From Endomicrobiales bacterium (GTDB taxonomy: Bacteria; Elusimicrobiota; Endomicrobiia; Endomicrobiales; JALOBY01), in the NCBI GenBank assembly GCA_963796955.1, contig CAWCNJ010000004.1, forward strand, positions 365,624 through 429,623: a DNA stretch of 64,000 nt, written 5' to 3'. Every line of letters begins with the position of its first letter. Position 1 is the stretch's first letter. The notes beneath the pieces were generated by a model. It made no database searches. It was not told the origin of the DNA and saw only the letters and a program-made list of their open reading frames with translations. Of the stretch, positions 11,063-21,176 are shown piece after piece. The translations under genes and the position numbers were made by a program.

Positions 11063-11143
11063 ATCCCGCCATTGTGAGGCACACACGCCGTTGACGGCGG
11101 GATTTCGCGGTACGGCAATGATAACAGCAAGAGGTGCTCCATG
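11063..11143 (+). repeat. Hairpin + RBS leader, copy S1 (before accB)
   Basis: 47-nt core 11063-11109 is 45/47 identical to 19449-19495; same 31-nt spacing and CAAGAGGTGCTnC before ATG. Confidence 0.92.
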
Positions 11144-11578
11144 AACACTGATTCCCTGAAAAAACTGTTGTGCTCCCTGAGGGAGACGGACGTCGAAGAA
11201 TTGAAATATGAAGCCGGTGAAACCAAGATATCTTTTCGCAAAAGCAACGTAAAGGCCGCTGCTGTTTCCCAGTCCGCGGTCGCGGTTGCCGCTCCAGTTG
11301 AACTGGCAAAGAAGATGGTATCCATCAAGTCCAACATGGTCGGCACCTTCCATCAGGCCGACAAGGCCAACCGCCCGCCGTTCGTTATGGAGGGTAACCA
11401 TGTGCTGCCCGGCAAGAAAGTAGGCGTCATCGAAGCAATGAAGATAATGAAGGATGTTACCAGCAACGTAAAAGGCAAGATCGTTAATGTTCTTGTTAAA
11501 GACGGCCAGCCGGTAGAGTACGGACAAGAACTTTTTACCATTGACCCCAACGACGTGAAAGAAGAAGACGATAAATAG
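11141..11578 (+). CDS. accB: Biotin carboxyl carrier protein
   Basis: EAMK biotinylation motif, VEYGQ.LF. Confidence 0.95.
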   Translation: MNTDSLKKLLCSLRETDVEELKYEAGETKISFRKSNVKAAAVSQSAVAVAAPVELAKKMVSIKSNMVGTFHQADKANRPPFVMEGNHVLPGKKVGVIEAMKIMKDVTSNVKGKIVNVLVKDGQPVEYGQELFTIDPNDVKEEDDK

Positions 11579-11608
11579 TAGCTATCAAATCGACATTGAG
11601 AGGCCAGC

Positions 11609-12961
11609 ATGTTCAAGAAAGTTCTTATAGCCAACCGCGGTGAGATCGCCTGCCGCGTCATCCGAGCCTGTAAAGAGATGGGCATGAAGACGGTAGCTAT
11701 CCATTCCGAACCGGACCGGGATTGCCTGCATGTACGCCTAGCCGATGAATCTATTTGCATCGGTCCGGGACCTGCCTCTGAAAGCTATCTTAACATTCCG
11801 AGCATTATTTCCGCCGCGGAAATAACCGGCGCAGATGCGATACACCCGGGCTACGGTTTCCTCGCAGAAAATACCTATTTCGCGGATGTGTGTGAATCGT
11901 GCCACATCAAGTTCATCGGGCCGGATAAATCTTCCATTGAACGCATGGGCGATAAGATCCGCGCGCGCGAACTGATGATTAAACGCGGCGTGCCCGTGGT
12001 GCCCGGCTCGGACGGCCCGGTAAGCGCGGATGATCCCGATCTTTTCAAGATCGCGAAAAAGATCGGCTATCCGGTCATCATCAAGGCGTCGGCGGGCGGC
12101 GGCGGTAAGGGCATGCGCGTCGTTGCGTCAGAAGAGGCGTTGAAGAACGCTATCGCGATGGCTTCATCCGAGGCAAAGGCTTCTTTTAACAATGAACAAG
12201 TGTACATGGAAAAATATATTGAGGAACCGCGCCACATAGAGTTCCAGATCCTTGGAGACAGCAAAGGCAAGGTCGTGTACCTGCCGGAGCGCGATTGCTC
12301 TATTCAGCGCCGCCATCAGAAATTGTTGGAAGAAAGCCCCTCGCCGTTCGTTGACGCGACGCTTCGTAAAAAAATGGGCAAAGCCGCGCGTCTTGCGGCC
12401 GAGGCTGTTGATTACGTTACTGTCGGCACCATAGAATTCCTGGTTGATAAACACGGGCATTATTATTTCATGGAAATGAATACCCGTATCCAGGTAGAGC
12501 ATCCCGTCACGGAAATGATAACCGGCGTTGACCTGATAAAGGAACAAATTCGCCTTGCTGCCGGAGAAAAGCTCAGCTTTGATTCCGAAGACATAAAGAT
12601 ACTCGGCCACGCCATAGAGTGCCGTATAAACGCCGAAGATCCGGATCGCGATTTCATGCCGAGCCCGGGCAAGGTCACCCAGTTCATAGTGCCCGGCGGA
12701 CCCGGCGTACGCGTAGAAAGCCACGTCTACACCGGCTACACCATACCGCCCTTTTATGACAGCATGATCGCCAAGGTCATTGTGCTGGATTCAACCCGCG
12801 AGGCCGCCATCACAAAGATGCAGCGCGCCCTTAAGGAAATGGTGGTTGAAGGCGTAAAGACCACCAAGTCGCTGCACATCAAGATCATGGATAATGAGGT
12901 ATTCAAGAGCGGTGATGTTGCCACTGACTTCCTGCCCAAACATTTTTTCGGGCAGAAATAA
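11609..12961 (+). CDS. accC: Biotin carboxylase
   Basis: ANRGEIA, HPGYGFLAEN, GGGGKGMR, EMNTRIQVEHPVTE. Confidence 0.97.
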   Translation: MFKKVLIANRGEIACRVIRACKEMGMKTVAIHSEPDRDCLHVRLADESICIGPGPASESYLNIPSIISAAEITGADAIHPGYGFLAENTYFADVCESCHIKFIGPDKSSIERMGDKIRARELMIKRGVPVVPGSDGPVSADDPDLFKIAKKIGYPVIIKASAGGGGKGMRVVASEEALKNAIAMASSEAKASFNNEQVYMEKYIEEPRHIEFQILGDSKGKVVYLPERDCSIQRRHQKLLEESPSPFVDATLRKKMGKAARLAAEAVDYVTVGTIEFLVDKHGHYYFMEMNTRIQVEHPVTEMITGVDLIKEQIRLAAGEKLSFDSEDIKILGHAIECRINAEDPDRDFMPSPGKVTQFIVPGGPGVRVESHVYTGYTIPPFYDSMIAKVIVLDSTREAAITKMQRALKEMVVEGVKTTKSLHIKIMDNEVFKSGDVATDFLPKHFFGQK

Positions 12962-12972
12962 GGGGAACACGA

Positions 12973-13551
12973 GTGGAAAAAACAATAGCAGGTTTTATCG
13001 GCGACAGTATAGCGGCGAAGCAGGGAATGCTTGCCCCTGAGCAGATCGCCATGGTCAAGGCAATAACGGAGATGATCGTTAAGGCTTACCGCGCCGGCAA
13101 AAAGATAATCGTTTGCGGCAACGGCGGCTCGGCTGCGGACGCCCAGCATTTCACCGCTGAGCTTGTGGCCCGCTTTGAACGCGAACGCCCCGCCCTGCCT
13201 GCTATCGCGATAACCACTAACAGCTCTACCATTACAGCCATCGGCAATGATTATGGCTATGACGCCACCTTTCGCCGCCAGGTGGAAGCGTTCGCCCAGG
13301 AAGGCGATGTTGTTATAGGCATTTCCACCAGCGGTAATTCTGTTAACGTTCTCCTGGCGCTTGAAGAGGCCAAGAAACGCAAAGCATTCACCGTCGGCAT
13401 GACACGCAAGCAGGGCGGCAAACTTACAGGCGCTGCTGACCTTTGCTTTTGTGCGCCCTCAGACCACACGCCAAGGGTGCAGGAATGCCACATTCTGGTA
13501 ATTCACATTATCTGCAAGCTGGTTGAGGAGTCGTTGTTTGGCGATAAATAA
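12973..13551 (+). CDS. gmhA: Phosphoheptose isomerase
   Basis: GNGGSAADAQH, GNDYG, STSGNS, RVQECH. Confidence 0.95.
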   Translation: MEKTIAGFIGDSIAAKQGMLAPEQIAMVKAITEMIVKAYRAGKKIIVCGNGGSAADAQHFTAELVARFERERPALPAIAITTNSSTITAIGNDYGYDATFRRQVEAFAQEGDVVIGISTSGNSVNVLLALEEAKKRKAFTVGMTRKQGGKLTGAADLCFCAPSDHTPRVQECHILVIHIICKLVEESLFGDK

Positions 13552-14023
13552 GCCCCCTAAAATTCAGCCCCGCGCGGCTCTCCGCAGGATACTGGTTGCG
13601 CTCAAAAAAAGAAAGCAAAGCATCGTTATTACGAATGGTTGCTTTGATATTTTACACGCCGGTCATATTAAGTCTTTCGAGACGGCCCGTTCCAAGGGCG
13701 ATGTGCTGGTGGTCGCCATTAATACCGACGCCTCGGTGCGGCGCCTGAAGGGTAATAAGCGTCCCATCGTCGATGAAATGAACCGGGCAAAACTCCTTGC
13801 GGGCCTTGCCTGTGTGGATTTTGTTACTTTTTTTGAAGAAGATACGCCTGAAGAGCTGATAAAAGAACTAAGCCCGGATATTCTGGTAAAGGGCGGGGAT
13901 TATAAGCTGGAAGAAATAGCCGGCCGGCAATATGTAAAAAAAGTCGTCCGCGTGCCGTTAGTGAAAGGAATTTCCACTACAAAGATCATAGAGAAGATAG
14001 TTAAAGCGTATGGTCCCAAATAA
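13538..14023 (+). CDS. rfaE2: ADP-heptose synthase, adenylyltransferase (HldE domain II)
   Basis: TNGCFDILHAGH, SVRRLKG..RP, LVKGGDY, STT; start approximate. Confidence 0.9.
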   Translation: MAINKPPKIQPRAALRRILVALKKRKQSIVITNGCFDILHAGHIKSFETARSKGDVLVVAINTDASVRRLKGNKRPIVDEMNRAKLLAGLACVDFVTFFEEDTPEELIKELSPDILVKGGDYKLEEIAGRQYVKKVVRVPLVKGISTTKIIEKIVKAYGPK

Positions 14024-14432
14024 AAAGTTTCTCAGGCTTTTCGACGCGAATGTGAACCGATGCCGGGAAGGGTTGAGGGTGCTGGAAGACAGCGCCCGGT
14101 TCGTAATGAACAAGCCGGCGCTCTACAAGAAGTTAAGATCTCTGCGCCATAGTGTTGATAGATTGACGAGAAATATTTATCCTGAAATGCTGGCGGTCAG
14201 GGATTCTGTTTCGGACAGCGGTCGTTCGATGAAAGAAAATAGCAAAAGATCCGGACTTGGAGCGGTCCTTGCGGCGAATTTTCGCAGGGTTGAAGAATCT
14301 CTCCGGGTCCTTGAAGAGTATGGAAAGATAGTTTGTCCTGATTCCGCAAAAGAATTTAAAGCGATACGATACGCCGCATATACCATGGAAAAAAAGGTCA
14401 GCCTTGAAAACGAAAGCTCTGACGTTGGTTGA
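14010..14432 (+). CDS. Stand-alone ThiD2-like domain (N-terminal domain of cyanobacterial-type ThiE)
   Basis: DANVNRCREGLRVLED and ANFRRVEESLRVLEE...FKAIRY..Y..EK repeats; adjacent to thiC. Confidence 0.8.
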   Translation: MVPNKKFLRLFDANVNRCREGLRVLEDSARFVMNKPALYKKLRSLRHSVDRLTRNIYPEMLAVRDSVSDSGRSMKENSKRSGLGAVLAANFRRVEESLRVLEEYGKIVCPDSAKEFKAIRYAAYTMEKKVSLENESSDVG

Positions 14433-15678
14433 AGCAGCAAAAGCACATAAACAACACCCATCAATAACAGCGGCCGCAAAAAGCGAGAAGCTTTCCGCCT
14501 CATTTATCAGCAAGGGTGTGGCGGATGGTACCATCGTTATACCGCGCAACCGCAACCGCAAATTAAAACGCGTCGTCGGCGTCGGCAAGGGCCTTGTTTC
14601 CAAGGTCAACGCCAATATCGGCTCATCACCAAAACATATTTCAATAGAAAAAGAACGCCAAAAGCTGCAGGCGGCCATCTCTGCGGGCGCTGATGCTGTT
14701 ATGGACCTTTCCACCGGCGGCGACTTGAAAAAGATACGCCGTATGGTGCTGGACGAATGCCCCGTGCAGGTCGGCACCGTGCCGCTGTACCAGGTTTCCT
14801 GCGAGACGATGAAACGCGGGAAAGGTCTTTCGGACCTTGACGGTGAACATTTATTCGACGTTATAGAGCAGCAGGCCGAAGAGGGCGTTGATTTTGTGAC
14901 CGTGCACTGCGGCATAACGAAGCGTACCGTGCAGGCATTGCACAGCCGCAAGCGCCTGGTCGGTGTTGTCAGCCGCGGCGGCTCTATGCTCAGCAAATGG
15001 ATACTGGCTACCAAAAAAGAAAATCCGCTCTTTGAGCAGTTCGACCGGCTGCTGGCCATAGCAAAAAAACATGACATGACCTTAAGCCTCGGCGACGGAC
15101 TGCGCCCGGGCTGCCTCGCGGATGCTAATGATGCCGGACAGCTTTCAGAATTGTCGGTGCTTGGCGATCTTGTGCTGCGCTGCCGTAAGGCCGGTGTGCA
15201 GGCTATGGTAGAAGGCCCCGGTCACATGCAGCTGAATTATATCGCCGACCATGTTAAAGCTGCCAAGAAAGTAATGCACGGCGCGCCGTATTATCTTCTT
15301 GGGCCACTGGTATGCGATGTCGCTGCCGGCTACGATCATATAACCGGTGCCATAGGCGGCGCTATAGCCGGCGCCGCTGGAGCCGACTTTTTGTGTTACG
15401 TTACACCCGCGGAGCACCTGCGGCTGCCTAACGCCGACGATGTTTATCAGGGAGTGATCGCCAGCCGTATAGCGGGACACGCTGCCGACATTGTTAAATA
15501 TGGACAGAAAGCCCGTCAGTGGGATGATACCTTTTCAAAACACCGCAAGGCCTTCAACTGGAAAGCCATGGGAAAGCTGGCTTTGGACCCGATAAAATTC
15601 AATAAAGAAAAAGAAGTTATAGTAGGCGAAGGCGCGGAAGTTTGTACGATGTGCGGCGAATTTTGCGCGATGAAGTAA
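14404..15678 (+). CDS. thiC: Phosphomethylpyrimidine synthase
   Basis: KVNANIG, MDLSTGG, SRGGS, EGPGH, CTMCGEFCA. Confidence 0.96.
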   Translation: MKTKALTLVEAAKAHKQHPSITAAAKSEKLSASFISKGVADGTIVIPRNRNRKLKRVVGVGKGLVSKVNANIGSSPKHISIEKERQKLQAAISAGADAVMDLSTGGDLKKIRRMVLDECPVQVGTVPLYQVSCETMKRGKGLSDLDGEHLFDVIEQQAEEGVDFVTVHCGITKRTVQALHSRKRLVGVVSRGGSMLSKWILATKKENPLFEQFDRLLAIAKKHDMTLSLGDGLRPGCLADANDAGQLSELSVLGDLVLRCRKAGVQAMVEGPGHMQLNYIADHVKAAKKVMHGAPYYLLGPLVCDVAAGYDHITGAIGGAIAGAAGADFLCYVTPAEHLRLPNADDVYQGVIASRIAGHAADIVKYGQKARQWDDTFSKHRKAFNWKAMGKLALDPIKFNKEKEVIVGEGAEVCTMCGEFCAMK

Positions 15679-15689
15679 ATTGAAACGGT

Positions 15690-15814
15690 CGTACATTTCG
15701 GCCATCTTTCGGATTCACACTTTCAGAACGGCCTCCTGAGACTGCGTCTCATAGCGGAGGCCTCTAGAACCAACACACTCTGAAAGTGTTCACCCGAAAA
15801 TAGCCTCGTGTACG
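15690..15814 (-). repeat. ~120-nt structured palindromic repeat, copy L-A (reverse orientation)
   Basis: Its reverse complement aligns end to end with 15854-15980 and 23483-23602; central TGAGAC-GCA-GTCTCA hairpin. Confidence 0.9.
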
Positions 15815-15853
15815 CCGCATTAAGAACAACTGCTGTTCTGTCAACGAAAAACC

Positions 15854-15980
15854 GCTATGTACGAGGGTATTTTCGGGGAGCATTTTCAGAGTGTGTCGCC
15901 TCTCGAGGCCCTCGTCATGAGACGCAGTCTCAGAGGGCCGTTCTGAAAATGCGAGTCGAAAGATACCCGAGATGCATAGC
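15854..15980 (+). repeat. ~120-nt structured palindromic repeat, copy L-B
   Basis: Nested stems gctatgta/tgcatagc, gggtattttcg/cgaaagataccc, gcattttcag/ctgaaaatgc, ggccctc/gagggcc, tgagac/gtctca. Confidence 0.92.
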
Positions 15981-15997
15981 ACCTTAAGGGAAAAAGT

Positions 15998-16627
15998 ATG
16001 AATATAGTGTGTTTAGACCTTGAAGGTGTGTTAGTGCCTGAGATATGGATAGCTTTCTCTGAAAAAACAGGGATTGCCTCCTTGCGGGCGACGACCAGGG
16101 ACATCCCTGATTATGATGTTCTTATGAGACAGCGTTTAAAGATACTGAAAGAAAATAACCTTAAGCTGAAAGATATTCAGGACGTGATCGGTACGTTGAA
16201 GCCGCTTGATGGGGCGCTGGATTTCATTAACTGGCTTAGAGAGCGCTTTCAGGTGGCGATATTATCAGATACATTCGATGAATTTGCTTTGCCGTTAATG
16301 CGCCAGCTTGGCTACCCGATGTTGTTGTGCCATCGACTGGAGATCGACAGTAACGGTATGGTAGCAGGTTACTGTCTGAGGCAAAAAGAGGCCAAACGCG
16401 AATCGGTCAAAGCTTTCAAGAGCCTGAAGTACCAGGTGATCGCCGCAGGCGATTCTTATAATGATACGGCTATGCTTTCAGAGGCGCACGCGGGGATACT
16501 GTTTAAACCTCCCCAGAACGTGATAAACGATTTTCCTCAATTTCCGGTAACAAAGAGCTACGCGGAACTGCAGGATACTTTGCTGAAAACTCAAAAACGC
16601 TTAAGTGAGGGTAGCATATGCCTTTAG
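15998..16627 (+). CDS. thrH: Phosphoserine phosphatase / homoserine phosphotransferase (HAD)
   Basis: CLDLEGVLVPEIW, TTRDIPDYDVLM, GDSYNDTAML. Confidence 0.94.
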   Translation: MNIVCLDLEGVLVPEIWIAFSEKTGIASLRATTRDIPDYDVLMRQRLKILKENNLKLKDIQDVIGTLKPLDGALDFINWLRERFQVAILSDTFDEFALPLMRQLGYPMLLCHRLEIDSNGMVAGYCLRQKEAKRESVKAFKSLKYQVIAAGDSYNDTAMLSEAHAGILFKPPQNVINDFPQFPVTKSYAELQDTLLKTQKRLSEGSICL

Positions 16628-17850
16628 TGGTCATGAAGTTCGGTGGTTCATCGGTAGCGAACGCGGAGAAAATTCGCCACGTGGCCGGGCGCGTTATTGC
16701 CAAAAAGAAGGCCGGTAACAAAGTCGTCGTAGTGGTTTCGGCACCAGGCGACATGACCGACGATCTGATAACAATGTCCGAGGGCGTGACGGATTCACCC
16801 GACGAACGTGAGATGGATATGCTGCTCGCCACAGGTGAACAGGTTTCTATAGCGTTGTTGTCCATGGCCATTAAACACATCGGCGGCAAAGCGATATCCC
16901 TTACGGGGCCGCAGGCGGGAATTTTCGCGGATGCCTCTCACACGAGAGCCCGCATTACCAGTATCGTGCCGACAAAGGTGCACCGTGAACTAAAGAAGGG
17001 AAATATAGTCATAGTAGCGGGTTTCCAGGGTTTGAACCCTAATGAAGATATCACGACGCTCGGCCGCGGAGGCTCTGACCTTACCGCTGTCGCGCTCGCC
17101 GCCGCCCTTAAGGCGGACATGTGCGAGATATATACCGACGTTGAGGGCGTTTACACGACCGACCCGCGCGTTGTGCCTGAAGCGAGAAAGATAAATTACA
17201 TTTCCTACGAAGAAATGCTGGAGATGGCGGGCCAGGGCGCGCAGGTAATGCAGGGTCGCAGCGTGGAGGTAGGTAAAAAATACGGGATAGAGATACATGT
17301 ACGTTCCACGTTCTCAGACAACAACGGCACAATAATAACGACAGAAGAGATCGCCCGGAGGAAGAATATGGAAGAAGTCGTCGTTTCATCAATAGCGTTC
17401 GATAAAAATCAGGTTAAGCTCTCTATCGTTGAAGTGCCCGACCGCCCCGGAATAGCCGCCAAGGTGTTCGGCGCGATGGCAAAAGGCAACGTCAACGTAG
17501 ACATGATAGTACAGTCCGCCGCAGCCGACCGCACGAACGACATTTCCTTCACGGTAAACCGCAGCGAGCTGAAAAAAGCCATGCCGATACTTGAAAAAGC
17601 GCAAAAAGAGCTCGGCGCCAAAGAAATACTGAGCGAGGATAAAGTTGCAAAACTCTCTATAATCGGCGTAGGCATGCGCAGCCACCCCGGCGTTGCCGCA
17701 AAAATGTTCGAGACCCTTGCCGATGAAGGCATCAACATAGAGATGATCTCCACCAGCGAGATCAAAGTAGCCTGCGTAGTCCGGGAAGATCAGCTCCACG
17801 ACGCCGTAAAAGCGCTGCATAAGGCCTACGGCCTGGATAAAAAGAAATAA
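16618..17850 (+). CDS. lysC: Aspartate kinase
   Basis: KFGGSSV, TTLGRGGSD, two ACT domains, ISTSEIK. Confidence 0.96.
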   Translation: MPLVVMKFGGSSVANAEKIRHVAGRVIAKKKAGNKVVVVVSAPGDMTDDLITMSEGVTDSPDEREMDMLLATGEQVSIALLSMAIKHIGGKAISLTGPQAGIFADASHTRARITSIVPTKVHRELKKGNIVIVAGFQGLNPNEDITTLGRGGSDLTAVALAAALKADMCEIYTDVEGVYTTDPRVVPEARKINYISYEEMLEMAGQGAQVMQGRSVEVGKKYGIEIHVRSTFSDNNGTIITTEEIARRKNMEEVVVSSIAFDKNQVKLSIVEVPDRPGIAAKVFGAMAKGNVNVDMIVQSAAADRTNDISFTVNRSELKKAMPILEKAQKELGAKEILSEDKVAKLSIIGVGMRSHPGVAAKMFETLADEGINIEMISTSEIKVACVVREDQLHDAVKALHKAYGLDKKK

Positions 17851-17852
17851 GA

Positions 17853-19433
17853 ATGAAAAAAATACAGTTGTTCGATACGACGTTGCGGGATGGTGCACAA
17901 TCCGCGGGGATATCTTTTTCCATCGAAGATAAACTTAAGATCGCGAAGGCGCTTGATGCTTTCGGGATGGATTATATCGAAGGCGGCTGGCCGATGGCCA
18001 GCGCCAATGTTGAACAATTTTTCAGGGAAGCCGCCAAAATTAAATTCGGTCATTCAAAACTGGTGGCATTCGGTTCTACGCGGCATAAGGCGAACAAGGC
18101 GCACAACGATCCGAATTTGAAGTCCATAGTGGCTTCAAAGGTAAAGGTGGCCTGCATATTCGGAAAGACGTGGGCCTTGCACGTGGAACACGCCCTGCAT
18201 TCGACGCTTGACGATAATTTAAAGATGATCTCGGAGAGCGTCGCGTATTTGCGTTCGAAAGGTCTGAAAGTTGTTTATGACGCCGAGCACTTTTTTGACG
18301 GATATCTGGATAACCCTGATTATGCCATGGCGACACTGAAGGCAGCGGCAGACGCCGGCGCCTTTAATTTAACGCTGTGCGAGACCAACGGCGGTAAGCT
18401 GCCGGGCGATATCAGGGAACTTGTTGGTGTAGTGCGCAGGGCTTTTCCTGAAATGGAGCTTGGCATACATACACACAATGATTCCGATTGCGCCATAGCA
18501 AACTCCATAGTCGCCGTTCAGGAAGGCTGCACAATGGTGCAGGGCACCATAAACGGGCTTGGCGAACGCTGTGGTAATGCGAACCTTTGTTCTATAATAC
18601 CGGCGCTGCAGTTAAAACTTGGTTACGGTTGCGTTCCGGAAAAGAAATTGCGCCAGCTTACTGAACTTTCATATTATGTGGATGAGGTTGCCAATATCGT
18701 CCCGAACGACAACCAGCCCTACGTCGGGCGCAATGCCTTCGCTCATAAAGCCGGCATCCATGCTTCCGCAGTAGCGCGCTTGTCAGCGACTTACGAGCAC
18801 CTTGACCCTGCCTGCGTTGGCAATGAACGCAGGATACTGGTCAGCGAGATGGCCGGGAAAAGCAACGTCTCCTTTAAGGCCAAAGAGCTGGATCTGGATT
18901 TTGAGAAAGATCCTCAGGCAGCAAAAAAAATAATAAGCGCCGTAAAAGAAATGGAGAACAACGGTTATCAGTATGAAGACGCCGATGGTTCCTTTGTACT
19001 GCTGACTAAAAAAGCTCTGGGTACCTATATACCAAGCTTTACCCTGAAAGGTTTTCGTGTGAGCGTTGAAAAAGACGACCGGGGTGAAATAGTTACCGAA
19101 GCGACCGTTAAGCTGGATATTAACGGCCATATCGTGCACACCGTCGCCGAAGGGGACGGACCGGTGAACGCGCTGGATAGCTCGCTGCGGAAAGCGCTGC
19201 TTAAATTCTACCCCGAGATCGGCGATGTTTCATTGATGGACTTTAAAGTTCGTGTTATAAATGCAGGCGCCGGTACAGCGGCCAAGGTTCGCGTTTTGAT
19301 AGAATCAAAAGATGCGCACAGCACCTGGGGCACGATCGGCGTATCAGAGAACTTGATAGATGCTTCTTGGAAAGCTTTAGTTGATGCGGTAGAATATAAA
19401 CTTATTGGAAAGAAAATAAAGAAGAAAAAGTAA
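17853..19433 (+). CDS. cimA: Citramalate synthase
   Basis: DTTLRDGAQ, AFGST, YDAEHFFDG, HKAGIH, GDGPVNALD, WGTIGVSEN. Confidence 0.9.
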   Translation: MKKIQLFDTTLRDGAQSAGISFSIEDKLKIAKALDAFGMDYIEGGWPMASANVEQFFREAAKIKFGHSKLVAFGSTRHKANKAHNDPNLKSIVASKVKVACIFGKTWALHVEHALHSTLDDNLKMISESVAYLRSKGLKVVYDAEHFFDGYLDNPDYAMATLKAAADAGAFNLTLCETNGGKLPGDIRELVGVVRRAFPEMELGIHTHNDSDCAIANSIVAVQEGCTMVQGTINGLGERCGNANLCSIIPALQLKLGYGCVPEKKLRQLTELSYYVDEVANIVPNDNQPYVGRNAFAHKAGIHASAVARLSATYEHLDPACVGNERRILVSEMAGKSNVSFKAKELDLDFEKDPQAAKKIISAVKEMENNGYQYEDADGSFVLLTKKALGTYIPSFTLKGFRVSVEKDDRGEIVTEATVKLDINGHIVHTVAEGDGPVNALDSSLRKALLKFYPEIGDVSLMDFKVRVINAGAGTAAKVRVLIESKDAHSTWGTIGVSENLIDASWKALVDAVEYKLIGKKIKKKK

Positions 19434-19448
19434 CAGTTAAAAGTTTTT

Positions 19449-19529
19449 ATCCCGCCACTGTGAGGCACACACGCCGTTGGCGGCGGGATTTCGCGATGAA
19501 GCTATGACAAAAACAAGAGGTGCTACATG
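19449..19529 (+). repeat. Hairpin + RBS leader, copy S2 (before ilvD)
   Basis: Near-identical to 11063-11143; the two core differences are a compensatory T-A to C-G pair. Confidence 0.92.
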
Positions 19530-21176
19530 AGAAGCGATGCAATAAAGAAAGGGGCGCGACGCGCGCCGAACCGCTGCCTTATATATGCTACTGGTATATC
19601 AGATCGTGACATAAACAAACCTTTTATCGGTATAGCCTCATCTTTTACCGACCTTGTTCCGGGCCACATAGGCATGCGCGACCTTGAACGTTATATCGAA
19701 CGCGGCATCGCTGCCGGCGGCGGAGTTCCATTTATTTTCGGAACACCCGCTATCTGCGACGGTATTGCTATGGGCCACGGCGGCATGCACTATTCCCTGC
19801 CCAGCCGCGAACTAATTGCCGACATGGTTGAATCCGTCGCTAACGCTCATGCGCTTGACGGCCTCGTGCTGCTCACCAATTGCGATAAGATAACCCCGGG
19901 CATGTTGATGGCCGCGGGGCGCCTGAATATTCCGACGATCGTCGTTACCGCCGGCCCCATGATGACCGGCCGGTACGGTGGCAAGCGCCGCAGCTTTGTG
20001 CGCGATACCTTCGAAGCTGTCGGCCAGTATCAGGCGGGAAAAATGAAGGGATCCGAGCTGACCGCCCTTGAGATGGCGGCCTGCCCCGGTGCAGGTTCCT
20101 GTCAGGGTCTTTATACGGCTAATACAATGGCCTGCCTGACCGAGACCATGGGTATGTCCTTGCCCGGCTGCGCTACGGCTCTTGCGGTTTCGGCTAAAAA
20201 ACGTCGTATCGCCTATGAATCCGGTATACGCGTTGTTGAGCTCGTAAAAGAAAATATTACTCCAAGAAAGATAATGACGGAAAAAGCCTTTCATAATGCC
20301 GTTATGGTAGACGTTGCACTCGGCGGTTCATCCAATACCGTTCTGCATTTGCCGGCTATCGCCCATGATGCCGGAGTGAAACTTGAACTGGATATGTTCG
20401 ATAAGGTGTCTAAGAAGACTCCACATATAACCTGCATGGAGCCCGCCGGAGACCATTACATGGAAGACCTGGATTACGCGGGCGGCATACCGGCTGTTCT
20501 TTCAGCGCTCAGGGCAAAACTGCTGCCCGGTCTTACGGTGAGCGGGAAAAATATACTTGATATAGCAAAAAATGCAGCCGTGCTTGATACAGATGTTATC
20601 CGCGCGAAGAACCCGTATCATAAAGAAGGCGGCATAGCCATTTTGAAGGGCAATATATCGCCAGATGGCTGCGTAGTGAAGCAAAGCGGAGTCTCGGAAA
20701 AAATGATGGTCTTTACCGGCACTGCCCGCGTTTTTGAATCCGAAGAAACAGCGATGAACGCCATCCTTGGCAAAAAGGTCAAGAAAGGCGATGTCGTGGT
20801 TATACGCTACGAAGGTCCCAAAGGCGGCCCGGGTATGCGCGAGATGCTTGCCCCGACGGCAACGCTGCAGGGCATGGGCCTTGCCGATTCAGTGGCACTT
20901 ATTACTGACGGCAGGTTCTCAGGCGGCACCAGGGGCCCCTGCATAGGCCACATTTCGCCTGAAGCAGCGGAAGGCGGACCTATCGCCGCTATACGCGACG
21001 GAGATATTATTAAAATAGATATACATAAACGCCAGCTGAACGTTGAGCTGACGCCGGATGAGATAAAAGCGCGCATGGCCAAATGGAAGCCGCCTGCGCC
21101 GAAATTCACCACCGGTTATCTGAGCCGATACCAGAAGATGGTAACATCGGCGAGCACGGGCGCCATTGTCAAATAA
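19527..21176 (+). CDS. ilvD: Dihydroxy-acid dehydratase
   Basis: [37 protein letters not shown]. Confidence 0.97.
   Translation: MRSDAIKKGARRAPNRCLIYATGISDRDINKPFIGIASSFTDLVPGHIGMRDLERYIERGIAAGGGVPFIFGTPAICDGIAMGHGGMHYSLPSRELIADMVESVANAHALDGLVLLTNCDKITPGMLMAAGRLNIPTIVVTAGPMMTGRYGGKRRSFVRDTFEAVGQYQAGKMKGSELTALEMAACPGAGSCQGLYTANTMACLTETMGMSLPGCATALAVSAKKRRIAYESGIRVVELVKENITPRKIMTEKAFHNAVMVDVALGGSSNTVLHLPAIAHDAGVKLELDMFDKVSKKTPHITCMEPAGDHYMEDLDYAGGIPAVLSALRAKLLPGLTVSGKNILDIAKNAAVLDTDVIRAKNPYHKEGGIAILKGNISPDGCVVKQSGVSEKMMVFTGTARVFESEETAMNAILGKKVKKGDVVVIRYEGPKGGPGMREMLAPTATLQGMGLADSVALITDGRFSGGTRGPCIGHISPEAAEGGPIAAIRDGDIIKIDIHKRQLNVELTPDEIKARMAKWKPPAPKFTTGYLSRYQKMVTSASTGAIVK

Noticed and set aside
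11074..11095. Kink-turn in the short hairpin (GA-GGC / GCC-GTT-GA)
   Set aside because: Copy S2 has GG instead of GA, and that base covaries as a Watson-Crick pair, favouring a plain stem.
14133..15077. 314-aa - strand ORF, and similar ones such as 48142..48891 and 10757..11527
   Set aside because: Antisense to well-supported genes, with shadow-like composition.
15690..15980. Possible CRISPR array or small ORFs (15764..15982, 15886..16104)
   Set aside because: The repeats are ~120 nt, inverted and diverged, with no repeat-spacer periodicity and no cas genes; the ORFs merely cross the repeat.
15854..15980. Hammerhead ribozyme or TPP riboswitch
   Set aside because: Has CTGAAAA rather than CUGANGA and lacks the TPP core motifs; one copy is antisense and none lies upstream of thiC.
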